Shown: positions 49,877-59,826 of the stretch, one piece after another
Layout of the letters: each line of letters opens with the position of its first letter
How positions within the stretch are numbered: the first letter of the stretch is position 1
Origin: an uncultured bacterium
Lineage (GTDB): Bacteria; Hydrothermota; UBA3073; NMUJ01; CBEVQO01
Reading direction: 5' to 3'
Assembly: GCA_965552055.1 (NCBI GenBank)
Contig: CBEVQO010000003.1
Span: forward strand, 192,001 to 256,000
Length of the DNA stretch: 64,000 bases
The notes under the pieces: generated by a model
Database searches by the model: none
Told to the model about the DNA's origin: nothing
What the model saw: the letters and a program-made list of their open reading frames with translations, nothing else
Made by a program: the position numbers and the translations under genes

Positions 49877-50440
49877 ATGTGGTTGATATTGCTCTTTATT
49901 CTTGGTGGTGTCCAGGGCGAATTATCCGGTAAGAAGGTGCTGTTTATCGTAGCGCCAAAGAATTTTCGTGACGAGGAATATTTTGAACCCAAAAAGGTGC
50001 TGGAAGAAAAAGGTGCTGTCGTGATAACCGCATCATTGAAGAAGAGAGCAAAAGGTATGCTGGGTGCTAAAATCGAAGTCGATACATTGATTTCACAGGT
50101 GAAAGGTGATGCTTTCGATGGAGTCGTATTCGTTGGTGGCACTGGCTGTATAGTATATTTTGATAACGATGATGCTAAAAGAATAATAGAAGAAGCATAT
50201 AATGCAAAAAAGATAATAGGAGCGATATGCCTTGCTCCATGTATTCTTGCAAAAGCAGGCATCTTAAAAGGCAAAGAAGCAACAGGTTATGATTGTAAGC
50301 TTTTGAGAAAAATTTTCAAAGAAGAAGGTGTTAAATATACAGGGAAAGAGGTGGAGATAACAGGTTTGATAGTTACGGCTTATGGACCTGCTGTTGCGAA
50401 ACAGTTTGGGTTGACTCTATACGCTATGCTTAAACACTGA
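49877..50440 (+). CDS. DJ-1/PfpI family protein with hydrophobic N-terminus
   Basis: FRDEEY, VFVGG.G, AICLAP nucleophile elbow. Confidence 0.9.
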   Translation: MWLILLFILGGVQGELSGKKVLFIVAPKNFRDEEYFEPKKVLEEKGAVVITASLKKRAKGMLGAKIEVDTLISQVKGDAFDGVVFVGGTGCIVYFDNDDAKRIIEEAYNAKKIIGAICLAPCILAKAGILKGKEATGYDCKLLRKIFKEEGVKYTGKEVEITGLIVTAYGPAVAKQFGLTLYAMLKH

Positions 50441-50875
50441 ATGCGGGTAGTAATACAAAGAGTAAAAGAGGCATACTGTAAGGCTGAAAATTTTTATTCC
50501 AGAATAGGCAAAGGAATATTAATTTTTCTTGGTATAACAAAAGATGATACGGAAAAAGACATAGAATTCCTTGTAAAAAAATGTGCAAATTTAAGGATTT
50601 TCGAAGATGAACAGGGTAAGATGAATTTGTCTGTAAAAGATGTAGGGGGCGAAGTTCTTATTGTATCTCAATTTACACTTTATGGAGATTGTAAAAAGGG
50701 ATTAAGACCTTCATTTGATAAAGCGGCAAAAAGAGAGATAGCAGAACCTCTTTATAACAAGTTTATTGAAGCGATGAGAAAAGAGTTGCCTGTGAAGACA
50801 GGAGTTTTTGGAGCGAAAATGGAAATAGGTCTTGTGAATGACGGACCCGTTACATTTATAATAGATTCGAAATGA
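50441..50875 (+). CDS. dtd: D-aminoacyl-tRNA deacylase
   Basis: [26 protein letters not shown]. Confidence 0.96.
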   Translation: MRVVIQRVKEAYCKAENFYSRIGKGILIFLGITKDDTEKDIEFLVKKCANLRIFEDEQGKMNLSVKDVGGEVLIVSQFTLYGDCKKGLRPSFDKAAKREIAEPLYNKFIEAMRKELPVKTGVFGAKMEIGLVNDGPVTFIIDSK

Positions 50876-51615
50876 TACAAAGTATGACAGGATACGGAGA
50901 AGCACGGGAAAGTGGTATCAGTTGTGAAATTAAATCACTAAATCATAAGGGTTTTGTCACAAATTTTATAATGCCAGAGTATTTGCAGTCTCTTGAAGTT
51001 GAATTAAGAAATCTTTTGCATTCTCGCTTAAAAAGAGGAGCAATTTCCTATAGATTAATTGTAGAGGTGTCGCCAAAGTTTGAAATCGACTGGCATAGTG
51101 CAGAAGAACTGATAAAATTAATTTTTAAACTTGAAAAAACTTTTGGATTGGCAGGGAGGCTACCACCAAATTTCTTTTATCAAAATGTGATAAGGACAAA
51201 ATATGAATTTAACGAAGAGATAAAGAAAAAAATTATAGAACTCACAGAAAAAGCAATCGAAAAATTGATAGAAATGAGAAAAAGGGAAGGTCAAAGGATA
51301 GAGAAAGAACTGGAGAAAGAGCTAAAAAAACTCGAAGGATATTTAAAAGAGATAGAAGAGAAAGGAGGTGAATTGCGTAACAAAATTGACTTTTCTGAGG
51401 AATGCAGTAGACTGCGGTTTCATATCTCGGGCTTCAGAGAGCTTATGAAGCGTGAAGAGCCGTGCGGACATGCTCTAAATTTCCTTTTGCAGGAGATGCT
51501 AAGGGAAGCCAATACGATAGCGGCAAAAGGACAGGATGCAGAAATTTCCAAAAATATAGTGATGATAAAAGAAAAAATAATGCAGTTAAAAGAACATGTT
51601 GAAAATGTCCTATAA
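50872..51615 (+). CDS. YicC/YloC family protein (shortened)
   Basis: [32 protein letters not shown]. Confidence 0.88.
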   Translation: MIQSMTGYGEARESGISCEIKSLNHKGFVTNFIMPEYLQSLEVELRNLLHSRLKRGAISYRLIVEVSPKFEIDWHSAEELIKLIFKLEKTFGLAGRLPPNFFYQNVIRTKYEFNEEIKKKIIELTEKAIEKLIEMRKREGQRIEKELEKELKKLEGYLKEIEEKGGELRNKIDFSEECSRLRFHISGFRELMKREEPCGHALNFLLQEMLREANTIAAKGQDAEISKNIVMIKEKIMQLKEHVENVL

Positions 51616-52189
51616 ACCTTTTGCAGTGATAATAACAGGACCCTCTGGTAGCGGTAAGACAACCATTTGCAGGAAGTTGCTTGAAAAATGTAATGACCTG
51701 GAATATTCTGTGTCTGTTACAACGAGGAAAAGACGCCCGCAGGAACAAAATGGCAAAGATTATATTTTTGTCGATGAAAATACATTTAAAAAATGGGTGG
51801 AAGAGGGTAAATTTTTGGAATGGCAACCCGTTTATGGCGATTATTATGGCACTTTGAGGGAAACAGTGGAGAAAATTCTCCGGAAGGGCAAAAATGTTTT
51901 GATGGATCTTGATTTGAAGGGAACAAAAAATGTAAAAAGGATGCGTCCGGATAGTGTAACGATTTTTATAATGCCGCCATCAATTGAAGAATTGAAAAAC
52001 AGGCTAAAAAAGAGAGGGGACGAAAAGGAAGTTATTGAAAAAAGATTAAAGGAAAGTGAAAAAGAAATAAAACAATTTAAGGATTTTGATTATGTTGTTT
52101 TGAATGAAGAAATAGAAGAAACAGTAGAAAATATCTTAAAGATTATAGAAGCAGAGAAGTTAAAATCGGTGAGGTATGATGAAGGATAA
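51605..52189 (+). CDS. gmk: guanylate kinase
   Basis: GPSGSGKTT, SVSVTTR, GKDYIF, YYGT, PPSIEEL. Confidence 0.95.
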   Translation: MSYKPFAVIITGPSGSGKTTICRKLLEKCNDLEYSVSVTTRKRRPQEQNGKDYIFVDENTFKKWVEEGKFLEWQPVYGDYYGTLRETVEKILRKGKNVLMDLDLKGTKNVKRMRPDSVTIFIMPPSIEELKNRLKKRGDEKEVIEKRLKESEKEIKQFKDFDYVVLNEEIEETVENILKIIEAEKLKSVRYDEG

Positions 52190-52412
52190 AGAAAAAATGG
52201 AAAAAATAAAAAAAGATGTGTTAAAACAGATGAAAGAAGAGGCAGTAATTCCGATCGAACTGATATGGGAGAAGATGGACAATAAATACAGGGCAATTTT
52301 AAGAATCTCATCAGAAGCCGAGAGATTAAGGGAAATAGACCCTTCGTCCGATAAGAAACCCATCCTCGATGCGATTGAAAAATTCATAAAAGGCGAAGAA
52401 AAAGAAGAGTGA
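52176..52412 (+). CDS. rpoZ: putative RNA polymerase omega subunit (divergent)
   Basis: gmk-X-coaBC synteny; NKY....A.RL...KP...A pattern. Confidence 0.55.
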   Translation: MMKDKEKMEKIKKDVLKQMKEEAVIPIELIWEKMDNKYRAILRISSEAERLREIDPSSDKKPILDAIEKFIKGEEKEE

Positions 52413-53548
52413 AGATAATACTCGGGGTAACAGGAGGTATTGCAGCGTATAAAGCAATAGAAGTATTACGAATTCTTACAAAAAGGGGACACAGGGTAAT
52501 TTGCTGTCTCACCATGACAGCACAAAGATTAATCGGCGTTGAAACTTTTAAAACATTAAGCAAAAATAAAGTGATTACAGATTTATTCTCGGATGACGGA
52601 ATACCTGAGCATATAAAGCATCAGGATGCGGATGTTGTAGCAATTGTTCCTGCCACTTACAACATTATCGGGAAAGTAGCAGCAGGAATAGCTGATGACC
52701 CTCTGACAACGATTATATCTGCTGCAAAAGGCAAAGTGATATTTTTCCCCGCGATGAATACAGTAATGTGGGAAAATAAAATCTTGCAACAAAATATCGA
52801 AAAATTGAGGAAACTCGGATATTATGTGATAGAGCCAGAAGAAGGTGAACTTGCAGAAGGTAAGGGCAAAGGCAGATTACCATCGCCCGATAAAATAGCA
52901 GAAGAAATCGAAAGAATAGGTGAAGGGAAACTTAAAGGCAAAAAAATTCTGGTAACAGCAGGTGCCACAGAAGAATATATCGACCCGGTTAGATGTATAA
53001 CAAACAGGTCATCGGGTAAAATGGGGATTAAAATAGCAGAAGAAGTAAAAAAAGAAGGAGCAGATGTATTGTTGATTTGCGGAAGAACAGAAATACAGCC
53101 ACCTTCTCATATCCCACAGATGAAGATAAGGGAAACAAAAGAGATGAAAGAAGAAATATTAAAAAATCTGGAAGATAAAAATATCGTGATAATGACAGCA
53201 GCAATTTGCGACTTTAAACCCGTTAAAAAAGAAGAAAAGAAAATAAAGAGAAAAGACAGGTTAACCCTTGAATTTGAAAAAACAGAAGACATTACGATAG
53301 AAATAAGGAGAAAGAAAAAAGATGTAAAAATCGTGGGATTTGCACTTGAGAGCGAAAATTTAATAGAAAATGCAAAAAAGAAATTGAAAGAAAAAGAACT
53401 CGATATTATTGTGGCAAATTCAATAGAAACTATGGGAAGCGATTTTATAAGACCTGTAATTATAAAAGGCGATGAGATAAAAGAATATGATAGGATGAGA
53501 AAAGAAGAATTTGCAAAGGAATTGATAAAATGGTTGACATTACTCTAA
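52409..53548 (+). CDS. coaBC: phosphopantothenoylcysteine decarboxylase/synthetase
   Basis: GVTGGIAAYK, PAMN, TAGATEEYIDPVR.ITNRSSGKMG, VGFALE. Confidence 0.95.
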   Translation: MKIILGVTGGIAAYKAIEVLRILTKRGHRVICCLTMTAQRLIGVETFKTLSKNKVITDLFSDDGIPEHIKHQDADVVAIVPATYNIIGKVAAGIADDPLTTIISAAKGKVIFFPAMNTVMWENKILQQNIEKLRKLGYYVIEPEEGELAEGKGKGRLPSPDKIAEEIERIGEGKLKGKKILVTAGATEEYIDPVRCITNRSSGKMGIKIAEEVKKEGADVLLICGRTEIQPPSHIPQMKIRETKEMKEEILKNLEDKNIVIMTAAICDFKPVKKEEKKIKRKDRLTLEFEKTEDITIEIRRKKKDVKIVGFALESENLIENAKKKLKEKELDIIVANSIETMGSDFIRPVIIKGDEIKEYDRMRKEEFAKELIKWLTLL

Positions 53549-54201
53549 ATGAATTAAAAAAATTAATGATGCAGGAGAAATTGATTCACAAAAAAATACT
53601 GGTAGAAAAAGAAAAAAGAAATAAAGTTGCTTCGGATAAGTCAAAGAGGTTAAAAGAGCTTTACGAAAAGATAAAAGATTGTAAAAAATGCAGATTGTGG
53701 GAGAATCGTATAAATCTTGTTTTTGGAGATGGCTCACCGGACAGTGGTATTGTTTTCATCGGGGAAGCGCCGGGTAAAAGTGAAAACAGAGAAGGTAGAC
53801 CATTTGTGGGAGATGCAGGAAGATATCTGAATAAACTACTTGAAGAGATAAATTTGAAAAGGGAAGACATATACATTACGAATGTTGTGAAATGCTGGCC
53901 TCCGGGAGATAGAGACCCTTTGCCCGATGAAATAGAAAAATGCAGACCCTATCTTGAAGAGCAACTGAAAATTATTGAGCCCAAAATAATAGTTTGCCTC
54001 GGTAGATTCGCCGGATGGCAGATGCTTGGTATGAAACTGCCGATGATGAAAATGAGAGGAAGATTACACAATAAAGGAAACTATAAAGTGCTCGTAACTT
54101 TTCATCCAGCAGCAATTTTATATCACAGAAACTGGGAACCTTACATAAAGGAAGATTTCAGAATTTTAAAAAAGTTTATTGAAGATGAGAAATTGTTATG
54201 A
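53530..54201 (+). CDS. family 4 uracil-DNA glycosylase
   Basis: CKKC, GEAPG..E..GRPFVG, NVVKCWPP, TFHPA. Confidence 0.92.
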   Translation: MVDITLNELKKLMMQEKLIHKKILVEKEKRNKVASDKSKRLKELYEKIKDCKKCRLWENRINLVFGDGSPDSGIVFIGEAPGKSENREGRPFVGDAGRYLNKLLEEINLKREDIYITNVVKCWPPGDRDPLPDEIEKCRPYLEEQLKIIEPKIIVCLGRFAGWQMLGMKLPMMKMRGRLHNKGNYKVLVTFHPAAILYHRNWEPYIKEDFRILKKFIEDEKLL

Positions 54202-55574
54202 TAGAGAAGGGGCATTTATACGACCTTGATGCAGAAAGGGCATTGCTTGCATGTCTTATGCTAAATAAAGATGCGATAAGCAGAGCGATTGAAATTGTAA
54301 AGCCAGGTGATTTTTATGATGACCGTCACAGGATAATTTATAATACAATTTTAAGGGTGTATGAAAGAGGAGAACCTGCTGACCCTGTTGTGCTGAAAAA
54401 CGAATTAGAAAAAGAAGGGGTTCTTGAAAAAATAGGCGGATTAAGTTATCTATCCGAAGTTTATGACACGCCTACAGCTGTTCCTGCAAATGTCGAGCAA
54501 TATGCTGAGATTATAAGAGAAAGAGCAATGCTGAGGGAATTGTTAAGCGCTTCGGAAAAGATATCAAGGATGTGTGCCGAAAGACCGGGAGAGATAGATG
54601 ATATACTCGATCAGGCAGAAAAACTTATCTTCAGGATTAAACAGGAAAGGTTAAAAGGTACGATTCTATCGATTAGAGATATTTTGATGGAAAAATACAA
54701 AGAGATAACGGCTCTTGAAGAAGAGGAGCCTGTTTCTTCTGAGTTGATGACACAATTTCGTTCGCTCGATGAATTACTGGGAGGATTATATGCTTCTAAT
54801 TTCATAATAGTAGCAGGGAGACCGAGTGCAGGCAAATCTGCTTTTGTTATGAATCTCGCAGAAAATATAGCAGAGAGCAGAAAAGTACCGGTGCTGATAT
54901 TTAGTCTCGAGATGTCAGCAGAAGAGGTATGTCTGAGAATGTGGGGTAGCAGGGCAAGGGTTTCTCCTCATAGAATAAGGACAAAAAAATTGAGCCAGCA
55001 GGAAATGGTTAGATTAACGCAGGCAGCAAGTGAATTATCCGAACTGCCGATTTATATCGATGAAACACCAAAACTACCTCTCCTTGAATTAAAAGCAAAA
55101 GCAAGAAGAATGAAATCACAAAGAAATATCGGCTTGATAATAGTTGACTACCTGCAGTTGATAGAAGCACCAAAAGCTGAGACAAGGCAGCTCGAGGTAG
55201 CACTTGTATCCCGTGAATTAAAAAGCCTGGCAAGGGAGTTAGAAATACCTGTTATCGCGGTATCACAGCTATCAAGGGCAGCAGAACAAAGAGGTGACCC
55301 CAGACCAAGATTGTCGGATTTAAGGGAATCAGGGGCTCTCGAACAGGATGCAGATGTCGTCCTCTTTATCTATAAGCATCCAAAAGCACCGGAAAAAAAG
55401 GAGAAAGAAACAGATGTGATAATTACAACGGTAGAAGTGGCAAAACACAGGACAGGACCAACAGGTAAAATAAATCTCGCTTTTTTAAAGAGCTTCGTAA
55501 AATTCCAGAATTTAGCACCCGAAGAAGAAGCAGAATACGGAGAACAGGAAGCAGTGGAGGAAGGAGAGGAATGA
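54198..55574 (+). CDS. dnaB: replicative DNA helicase
   Basis: GRPSAGKS, FSLEMS, VDYLQL, SQLSR, LSDLRESGALEQDAD. Confidence 0.96.
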   Translation: MIEKGHLYDLDAERALLACLMLNKDAISRAIEIVKPGDFYDDRHRIIYNTILRVYERGEPADPVVLKNELEKEGVLEKIGGLSYLSEVYDTPTAVPANVEQYAEIIRERAMLRELLSASEKISRMCAERPGEIDDILDQAEKLIFRIKQERLKGTILSIRDILMEKYKEITALEEEEPVSSELMTQFRSLDELLGGLYASNFIIVAGRPSAGKSAFVMNLAENIAESRKVPVLIFSLEMSAEEVCLRMWGSRARVSPHRIRTKKLSQQEMVRLTQAASELSELPIYIDETPKLPLLELKAKARRMKSQRNIGLIIVDYLQLIEAPKAETRQLEVALVSRELKSLARELEIPVIAVSQLSRAAEQRGDPRPRLSDLRESGALEQDADVVLFIYKHPKAPEKKEKETDVIITTVEVAKHRTGPTGKINLAFLKSFVKFQNLAPEEEAEYGEQEAVEEGEE

Positions 55575-56332
55575 GTATCATTTATAAAATAATGATAAAC
55601 ATATTTGCAGTGGTAGGAGGTGTATGGCATATCCTCTGGGGCACTTTGAAGCGTCTACCACAAACATGGCGCTCAAGAAGATTAATAGTAGATCAAATAA
55701 GGCATCTGGGACTGGGTTCAATTCCCATAATTGCTCCGACTTTCTTTTTCGCAGGAGCTGTAGTGGCATATGAGGCAAAATTTTATGGCGGAGGTATGTT
55801 TCCAGAAATCTATATAGGGATGTTTACAGCAAAAGCTCTTATGATTGAAATTGCACCACTTTTAACCGGGATAATGTTCGCAGGAAGAGCAGGCTCATCA
55901 ATGGCTGCAGAAATAGCAACAATGAGAGTAACAGAACAAATAGATGCACTCGAAACATTAGCAATAGACCCTTTGAGATTTATTTCGTTACCACGATTCG
56001 TATCCTCAATAATTGTTGTCCCGTTATTAACATTAATAGCAAACTTCGTTGGATTCATAGGAGGATTATTCTGTGCAAAGGTATTTTTCAATGTAACTGC
56101 GATAACCTACATTGAAGGCTTGAGATTGAATTTCATCCCAAGGGAATTCTGGGGCGGACTTGTCAAATCTACCTTCTTCGGCATGTGGACGGCGGTTATG
56201 AGCGTTTATTACGGGTTTACTGCTACAGGAGGAGCCGAGGGCGTTGGAAGGGCATCTACCCGTGCTGTAATTTCTTCATCAATTTTAATAATAGTTTTCG
56301 ATTTAGTTGTAGCAATGACAATATTCAGATGA
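55571..56332 (+). CDS. mlaE: MlaE-family ABC permease
   Basis: EIAPLLTG, GRAGSSMAAEIATMRVTEQIDAL, GAEGVGRASTRAV. Confidence 0.92.
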   Translation: MSIIYKIMINIFAVVGGVWHILWGTLKRLPQTWRSRRLIVDQIRHLGLGSIPIIAPTFFFAGAVVAYEAKFYGGGMFPEIYIGMFTAKALMIEIAPLLTGIMFAGRAGSSMAAEIATMRVTEQIDALETLAIDPLRFISLPRFVSSIIVVPLLTLIANFVGFIGGLFCAKVFFNVTAITYIEGLRLNFIPREFWGGLVKSTFFGMWTAVMSVYYGFTATGGAEGVGRASTRAVISSSILIIVFDLVVAMTIFR

Positions 56333-57060
56333 TAGAAGTTAGAAATTTGTGGAAAGCATTTGGTGATAATCAGGTACTAAAAGGTTTAAATTTAAAAGTA
56401 AACAAAGGAGAAACAGTTGTGATAATAGGAAGGTCAGGATGTGGTAAAAGTGTGCTTCTAAAACATATTGTGGGGTTGCTGAAGCCCGATAAAGGCAGTG
56501 TTTTTATAGATGGCGAAGATATAACAAAAGTATCCTATAAAAGGTTGTATGAAATAAGGAAGAAAATTGCTGTTGTTTTTCAGTGGTCTGCCCTGCTCGA
56601 TTCCCTTACAGTAGCCGAAAATGTGGGATTGTGGCTAATGGAACATACCAATTTGCCAAGGGAAAAGATTATGGAAATAGTAAGGGAAAAATTGTCAATG
56701 GTAGAACTCGAAGGTGTAGAAAACAAACTACCTGCAGAACTATCAGGAGGAATGAAAAAGAGAGTAGCAATAGCAAGGGCTCTCGCTCTCGAACCCGAAT
56801 ACATACTCTATGATGAGCCAACAACTGCTCTCGACCCCATAACAGCAAGAAGAATAGATAAATTGATAAGAGAACTTCAACAAAGATTAAAAATAACATC
56901 AATCGCAGTGACGCATGATTTAATAAGCGCTTCAATAATAGGAGACAGAATAGCATTGTTAAAAGATGGCAAAATAGTATATGAAGGAACCCCCGAAGAA
57001 ATAAGGAGAACAAATAACAAAGATGTTGTTGAATTTGTAAAAGGAGGAGGTTATGTCTAA
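56329..57060 (+). CDS. mlaF: MlaF-family ABC ATPase
   Basis: ATG 56329 overlaps the mlaE stop (ATGA); GRSGCGKS, LSGGMKKR, YDEPT. Confidence 0.92.
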   Translation: MIEVRNLWKAFGDNQVLKGLNLKVNKGETVVIIGRSGCGKSVLLKHIVGLLKPDKGSVFIDGEDITKVSYKRLYEIRKKIAVVFQWSALLDSLTVAENVGLWLMEHTNLPREKIMEIVREKLSMVELEGVENKLPAELSGGMKKRVAIARALALEPEYILYDEPTTALDPITARRIDKLIRELQQRLKITSIAVTHDLISASIIGDRIALLKDGKIVYEGTPEEIRRTNNKDVVEFVKGGGYV

Positions 57061-57844
57061 AGAAGCAAAAGTAGGCTTGTTTGTAACAATAACAATAATA
57101 TGCGGAGTTGCATGGTATATATGGGCTGCAAGAGTACAGTTCGAAAGAAGGAATAAAAGAATAGAGTTAATTTTCCCTGATGTCGCAGGATTGAGAGTAG
57201 GAGACCCGGTGATGATACTCGGAATAAGAATAGGAAAAGTGCATAAATTAATTCCCATGCAGGAATCGGTAAAGGTGGTTGCATATATAAAAAAAGATAT
57301 AAATATTTACACGGATGCAAGTGCAAGGATTAAAGACCTCGCAGTACTTGGCGGTGCAAAATATATCGCACTGAAACCAGGTAAAAGCGGAATACCACTC
57401 CCAGAAGGCAAAAGAATAAGAGGCGAACCAGATATACTTCCCGTATCAACTTATGCAGAAGTTGGAGACAGAATAAATAAAATCCTGGATAGAATAACTA
57501 CACAGGAGATGGTAAAGACAACAACAAAAACAATGGAAAATATCGGAGAAGCAGCAAAAGAATTAACCCTTTTACTGAAAGACCTCAGAAAATCCGTGGA
57601 AAATACCCTGAAAGAAACAAATACTTCTTTGAAAGAGATAAGAGAAGTAGCAAATAAAATGAAAAGAATAGCAGAAAGAGCAGATACGATAATGCTTGCA
57701 CTGAAAAATAATAAAAGCACAATCGGAAATTTGATTTACGATGATAAGATTTATAATGATTTGAAAGAAGCGATAAATTCAGTTAAAGAACTCGCAAAAG
57801 ATATAAAGGAACATCCAGGTAGATATATAAAAGTTAGATTTTAA
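57053..57844 (+). CDS. mlaD: MlaD/MCE domain protein
   Basis: EAKVGLF, GLRVGDPV..GIRIGKV, long helical C-terminus. Confidence 0.88.
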   Translation: MSKEAKVGLFVTITIICGVAWYIWAARVQFERRNKRIELIFPDVAGLRVGDPVMILGIRIGKVHKLIPMQESVKVVAYIKKDINIYTDASARIKDLAVLGGAKYIALKPGKSGIPLPEGKRIRGEPDILPVSTYAEVGDRINKILDRITTQEMVKTTTKTMENIGEAAKELTLLLKDLRKSVENTLKETNTSLKEIREVANKMKRIAERADTIMLALKNNKSTIGNLIYDDKIYNDLKEAINSVKELAKDIKEHPGRYIKVRF

Positions 57845-59121
57845 TGGCATATATTTGTAAAAATTGCGGATATAAAAGTACAAAATGGCTGGGTAGATGC
57901 CCAAATTGCGGCGAATGGAATACTTTTGAAGAAGAGAAAAAAGGTATAAAAAAAGAATATAAAAAAACATCTTCATCTTTAAAAGAAGTTAAGAAAATAG
58001 AGAGGGAAAGGATAAAAACAGGAATTGACGAATTTGACAGAGTAGTTGGTGGAGGACTTGTTTCAGGAAGCTTTATACTTCTTGGAGGTATTCCTGGTAT
58101 AGGCAAATCAACACTTCTCTTGCAGATTGCACAAAAGCTTGCACAAAAAGACAAAAAAGTTTTGTATATATCGGGTGAGGAATCACCGGAACAAATAAAA
58201 ATGCGTGCGGATAGAATCGATGTAAATGACGAAAATATTTTGATAACAAAAGAAACTTCAATGGACGATTTAATAGAAGAAGTAAAATTTGTAAAACCTG
58301 ATTTTCTAATTTGTGATTCAATTCAAACTTTAAAGGTTGAAGATATGGAGTCGCCTCCTGGTAGTGTAGCACAGGTGCGTGAGTGCGGTGCAAAGCTCCT
58401 TGATATTGCAAAAAGTTTGGGAATTACAGTGTTCGCAATCGGACATGTTACAAAAGAAGGAATAATTGCAGGACCAAAAACACTGGAACATATGGTAGAT
58501 ACGGTTTTATATCTTGAAGGTGATAAAAGTCATTTATTCAGGATTTTGCGTGCTGAAAAAAATCGCTTCGGACCAACAAATGAAATAGGATTATTTGAGA
58601 TGACAGATAAAGGTATGATAGAGGTAAAGGATCCTTCACGCTTTTTCCTGCGGGATAAAAAAACAGAACCAGGTGAAGCAATATCATGTACAGTAGAGGG
58701 AACAAGACCTTTACTTATAGAGATACAGGCATTATCAACAGAATGTAAGTTTGGCTATCCACAAAGGATAACATCCGGATACGATTACAACAGGTTTTCA
58801 ATGCTACTGGCAGTGATAGAGAGAAATCTGGAGATATATACAGGTGATAAAAATATATTTTTGAATGTAGTTGGAGGGTTGAAGTTGCGAGAAACTGCGT
58901 GTGACCTTGCAGTTGTTATGGCTATAGTATCTGCTATTTTGAAGAAGAAAATAAAAGAAGAGACGGTATTGATAGGAGAAGTAGGGCTACTTGGTGAGAT
59001 AATAGAGGTGCCGATGCTCGATAAAAGGATAAAAGAAGCACAAAGGCTTGGTTTTAAGCATTTTATAACACCCGAAAACACAAAAACAATAAAAGAAGCA
59101 TTTCAGAAGATGTTTGGATAA
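57844..59121 (+). CDS. radA: DNA repair protein RadA/Sms
   Basis: CKNCG...W.GRCPNC, GIGKST, KNRFG, EGTRP. Confidence 0.96.
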   Translation: MAYICKNCGYKSTKWLGRCPNCGEWNTFEEEKKGIKKEYKKTSSSLKEVKKIERERIKTGIDEFDRVVGGGLVSGSFILLGGIPGIGKSTLLLQIAQKLAQKDKKVLYISGEESPEQIKMRADRIDVNDENILITKETSMDDLIEEVKFVKPDFLICDSIQTLKVEDMESPPGSVAQVRECGAKLLDIAKSLGITVFAIGHVTKEGIIAGPKTLEHMVDTVLYLEGDKSHLFRILRAEKNRFGPTNEIGLFEMTDKGMIEVKDPSRFFLRDKKTEPGEAISCTVEGTRPLLIEIQALSTECKFGYPQRITSGYDYNRFSMLLAVIERNLEIYTGDKNIFLNVVGGLKLRETACDLAVVMAIVSAILKKKIKEETVLIGEVGLLGEIIEVPMLDKRIKEAQRLGFKHFITPENTKTIKEAFQKMFG

Positions 59122-59123
59122 AT

Positions 59124-59297
59124 AATTTTTAGCCCCGCCTCCGCTGTCCCCGCCTTCCCGATTAAGTCAGCCCACTCATACCGCTGAAATATGTAAGCAG
59201 CAGATAAAGCCACAAACCCTGCTATAACCCACATCACCGTAATGGGCTGACATATCAACCCATATGTAATGCACTCGCTTCGCTCGTAATAAAAATT
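59124..59297 (-). repeat. structured intergenic element, copy 2
   Basis: Homologous to 7674-7848; ends AATTTTTA / TAAAAATT are inverted. Confidence 0.8.
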
Positions 59298-59301
59298 TCC
59301 C

Positions 59302-59328
59302 TTGACAATCCATATTTTTGCATATAAT
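59302..59328 (+). promoter_or_regulatory. promoter TTGACA-N15-TATAAT, 6 nt before ATG 59335 (leaderless)
   Basis: Perfect consensus boxes. Confidence 0.7.
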
Positions 59329-59334
59329 TTGATA

Positions 59335-59826
59335 ATGGGTAAAAGTGCAGAAGAAAAGTTCTGGGAAGCATTGAGTAGATTGATAGAAAGACAGGAACAA
59401 AATGAGAAAGCAATAGAAAGATCGCGTGAAAGACAGGAGAAAACTGATGAGCAATTAAGAAAGATACAGAGAGAGACGCATGAGGAATTTAAGAGAATAA
59501 TTCGTGAGATGCATATATCTGACAAAAAATTAAGAGAGCGGGTAGAAGCTGTTTCTGATGGCTATGGTAGATTTGTTGAGGGGATAGTTTTTCCTTCTGC
59601 ACTTGAGACATTCAGGAAAATGGGGTTTAAAATCGAAGAAGCAAGCATAAGGCAGGGAGTTTTTGATGACAATAGAAAAGTGGCAGAGGTAGATAACTGG
59701 ATTGAAGCAGTTTTTAACGGCAAAAAATACATAATAGCAGGTGAAGCCAAAACAACATGCACATCCGATGTTAAACCACATGCATCCCCTCCAAGGCACA
59801 GCATTGACTATGCTATGGCTTTTTAA
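59335..59826 (+). pseudogene. coiled-coil plus PD-(D/E)xK-like (DUF3782-type) protein, probably C-terminally truncated
   Basis: Coiled coil, GYGRFVEG, EVD...GEAKT, then an abrupt atypical tail PHASPPRHSIDYAMAF. Confidence 0.55.

Noticed and set aside
52830..52885. CoaC substrate clamp lacks the ACG cysteine (ELAEG)
   Set aside because: Cys-less clamp variants occur in other bacterial CoaBC proteins, so this is not clearly novel.
54198..55574. Intein in DnaB
   Set aside because: Length is normal and the motifs are contiguous.
56185..56328. N-terminal extension of MlaF in the ORF track
   Set aside because: It lies inside mlaE; the ATGA-coupled start at 56329 gives a normal ATPase.
59124..59297. 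DGR template/variable repeat pair, or integron attC site
   Set aside because: Differences between copies are not adenine-specific, no reverse transcriptase or integrase is in the window, and I saw no paired attC core sites at the ends.
59103..59525. 140-aa and 92-aa minus-strand ORFs
   Set aside because: They are antisense to the 59335 gene and run through its promoter and the repeat; probably shadow ORFs.
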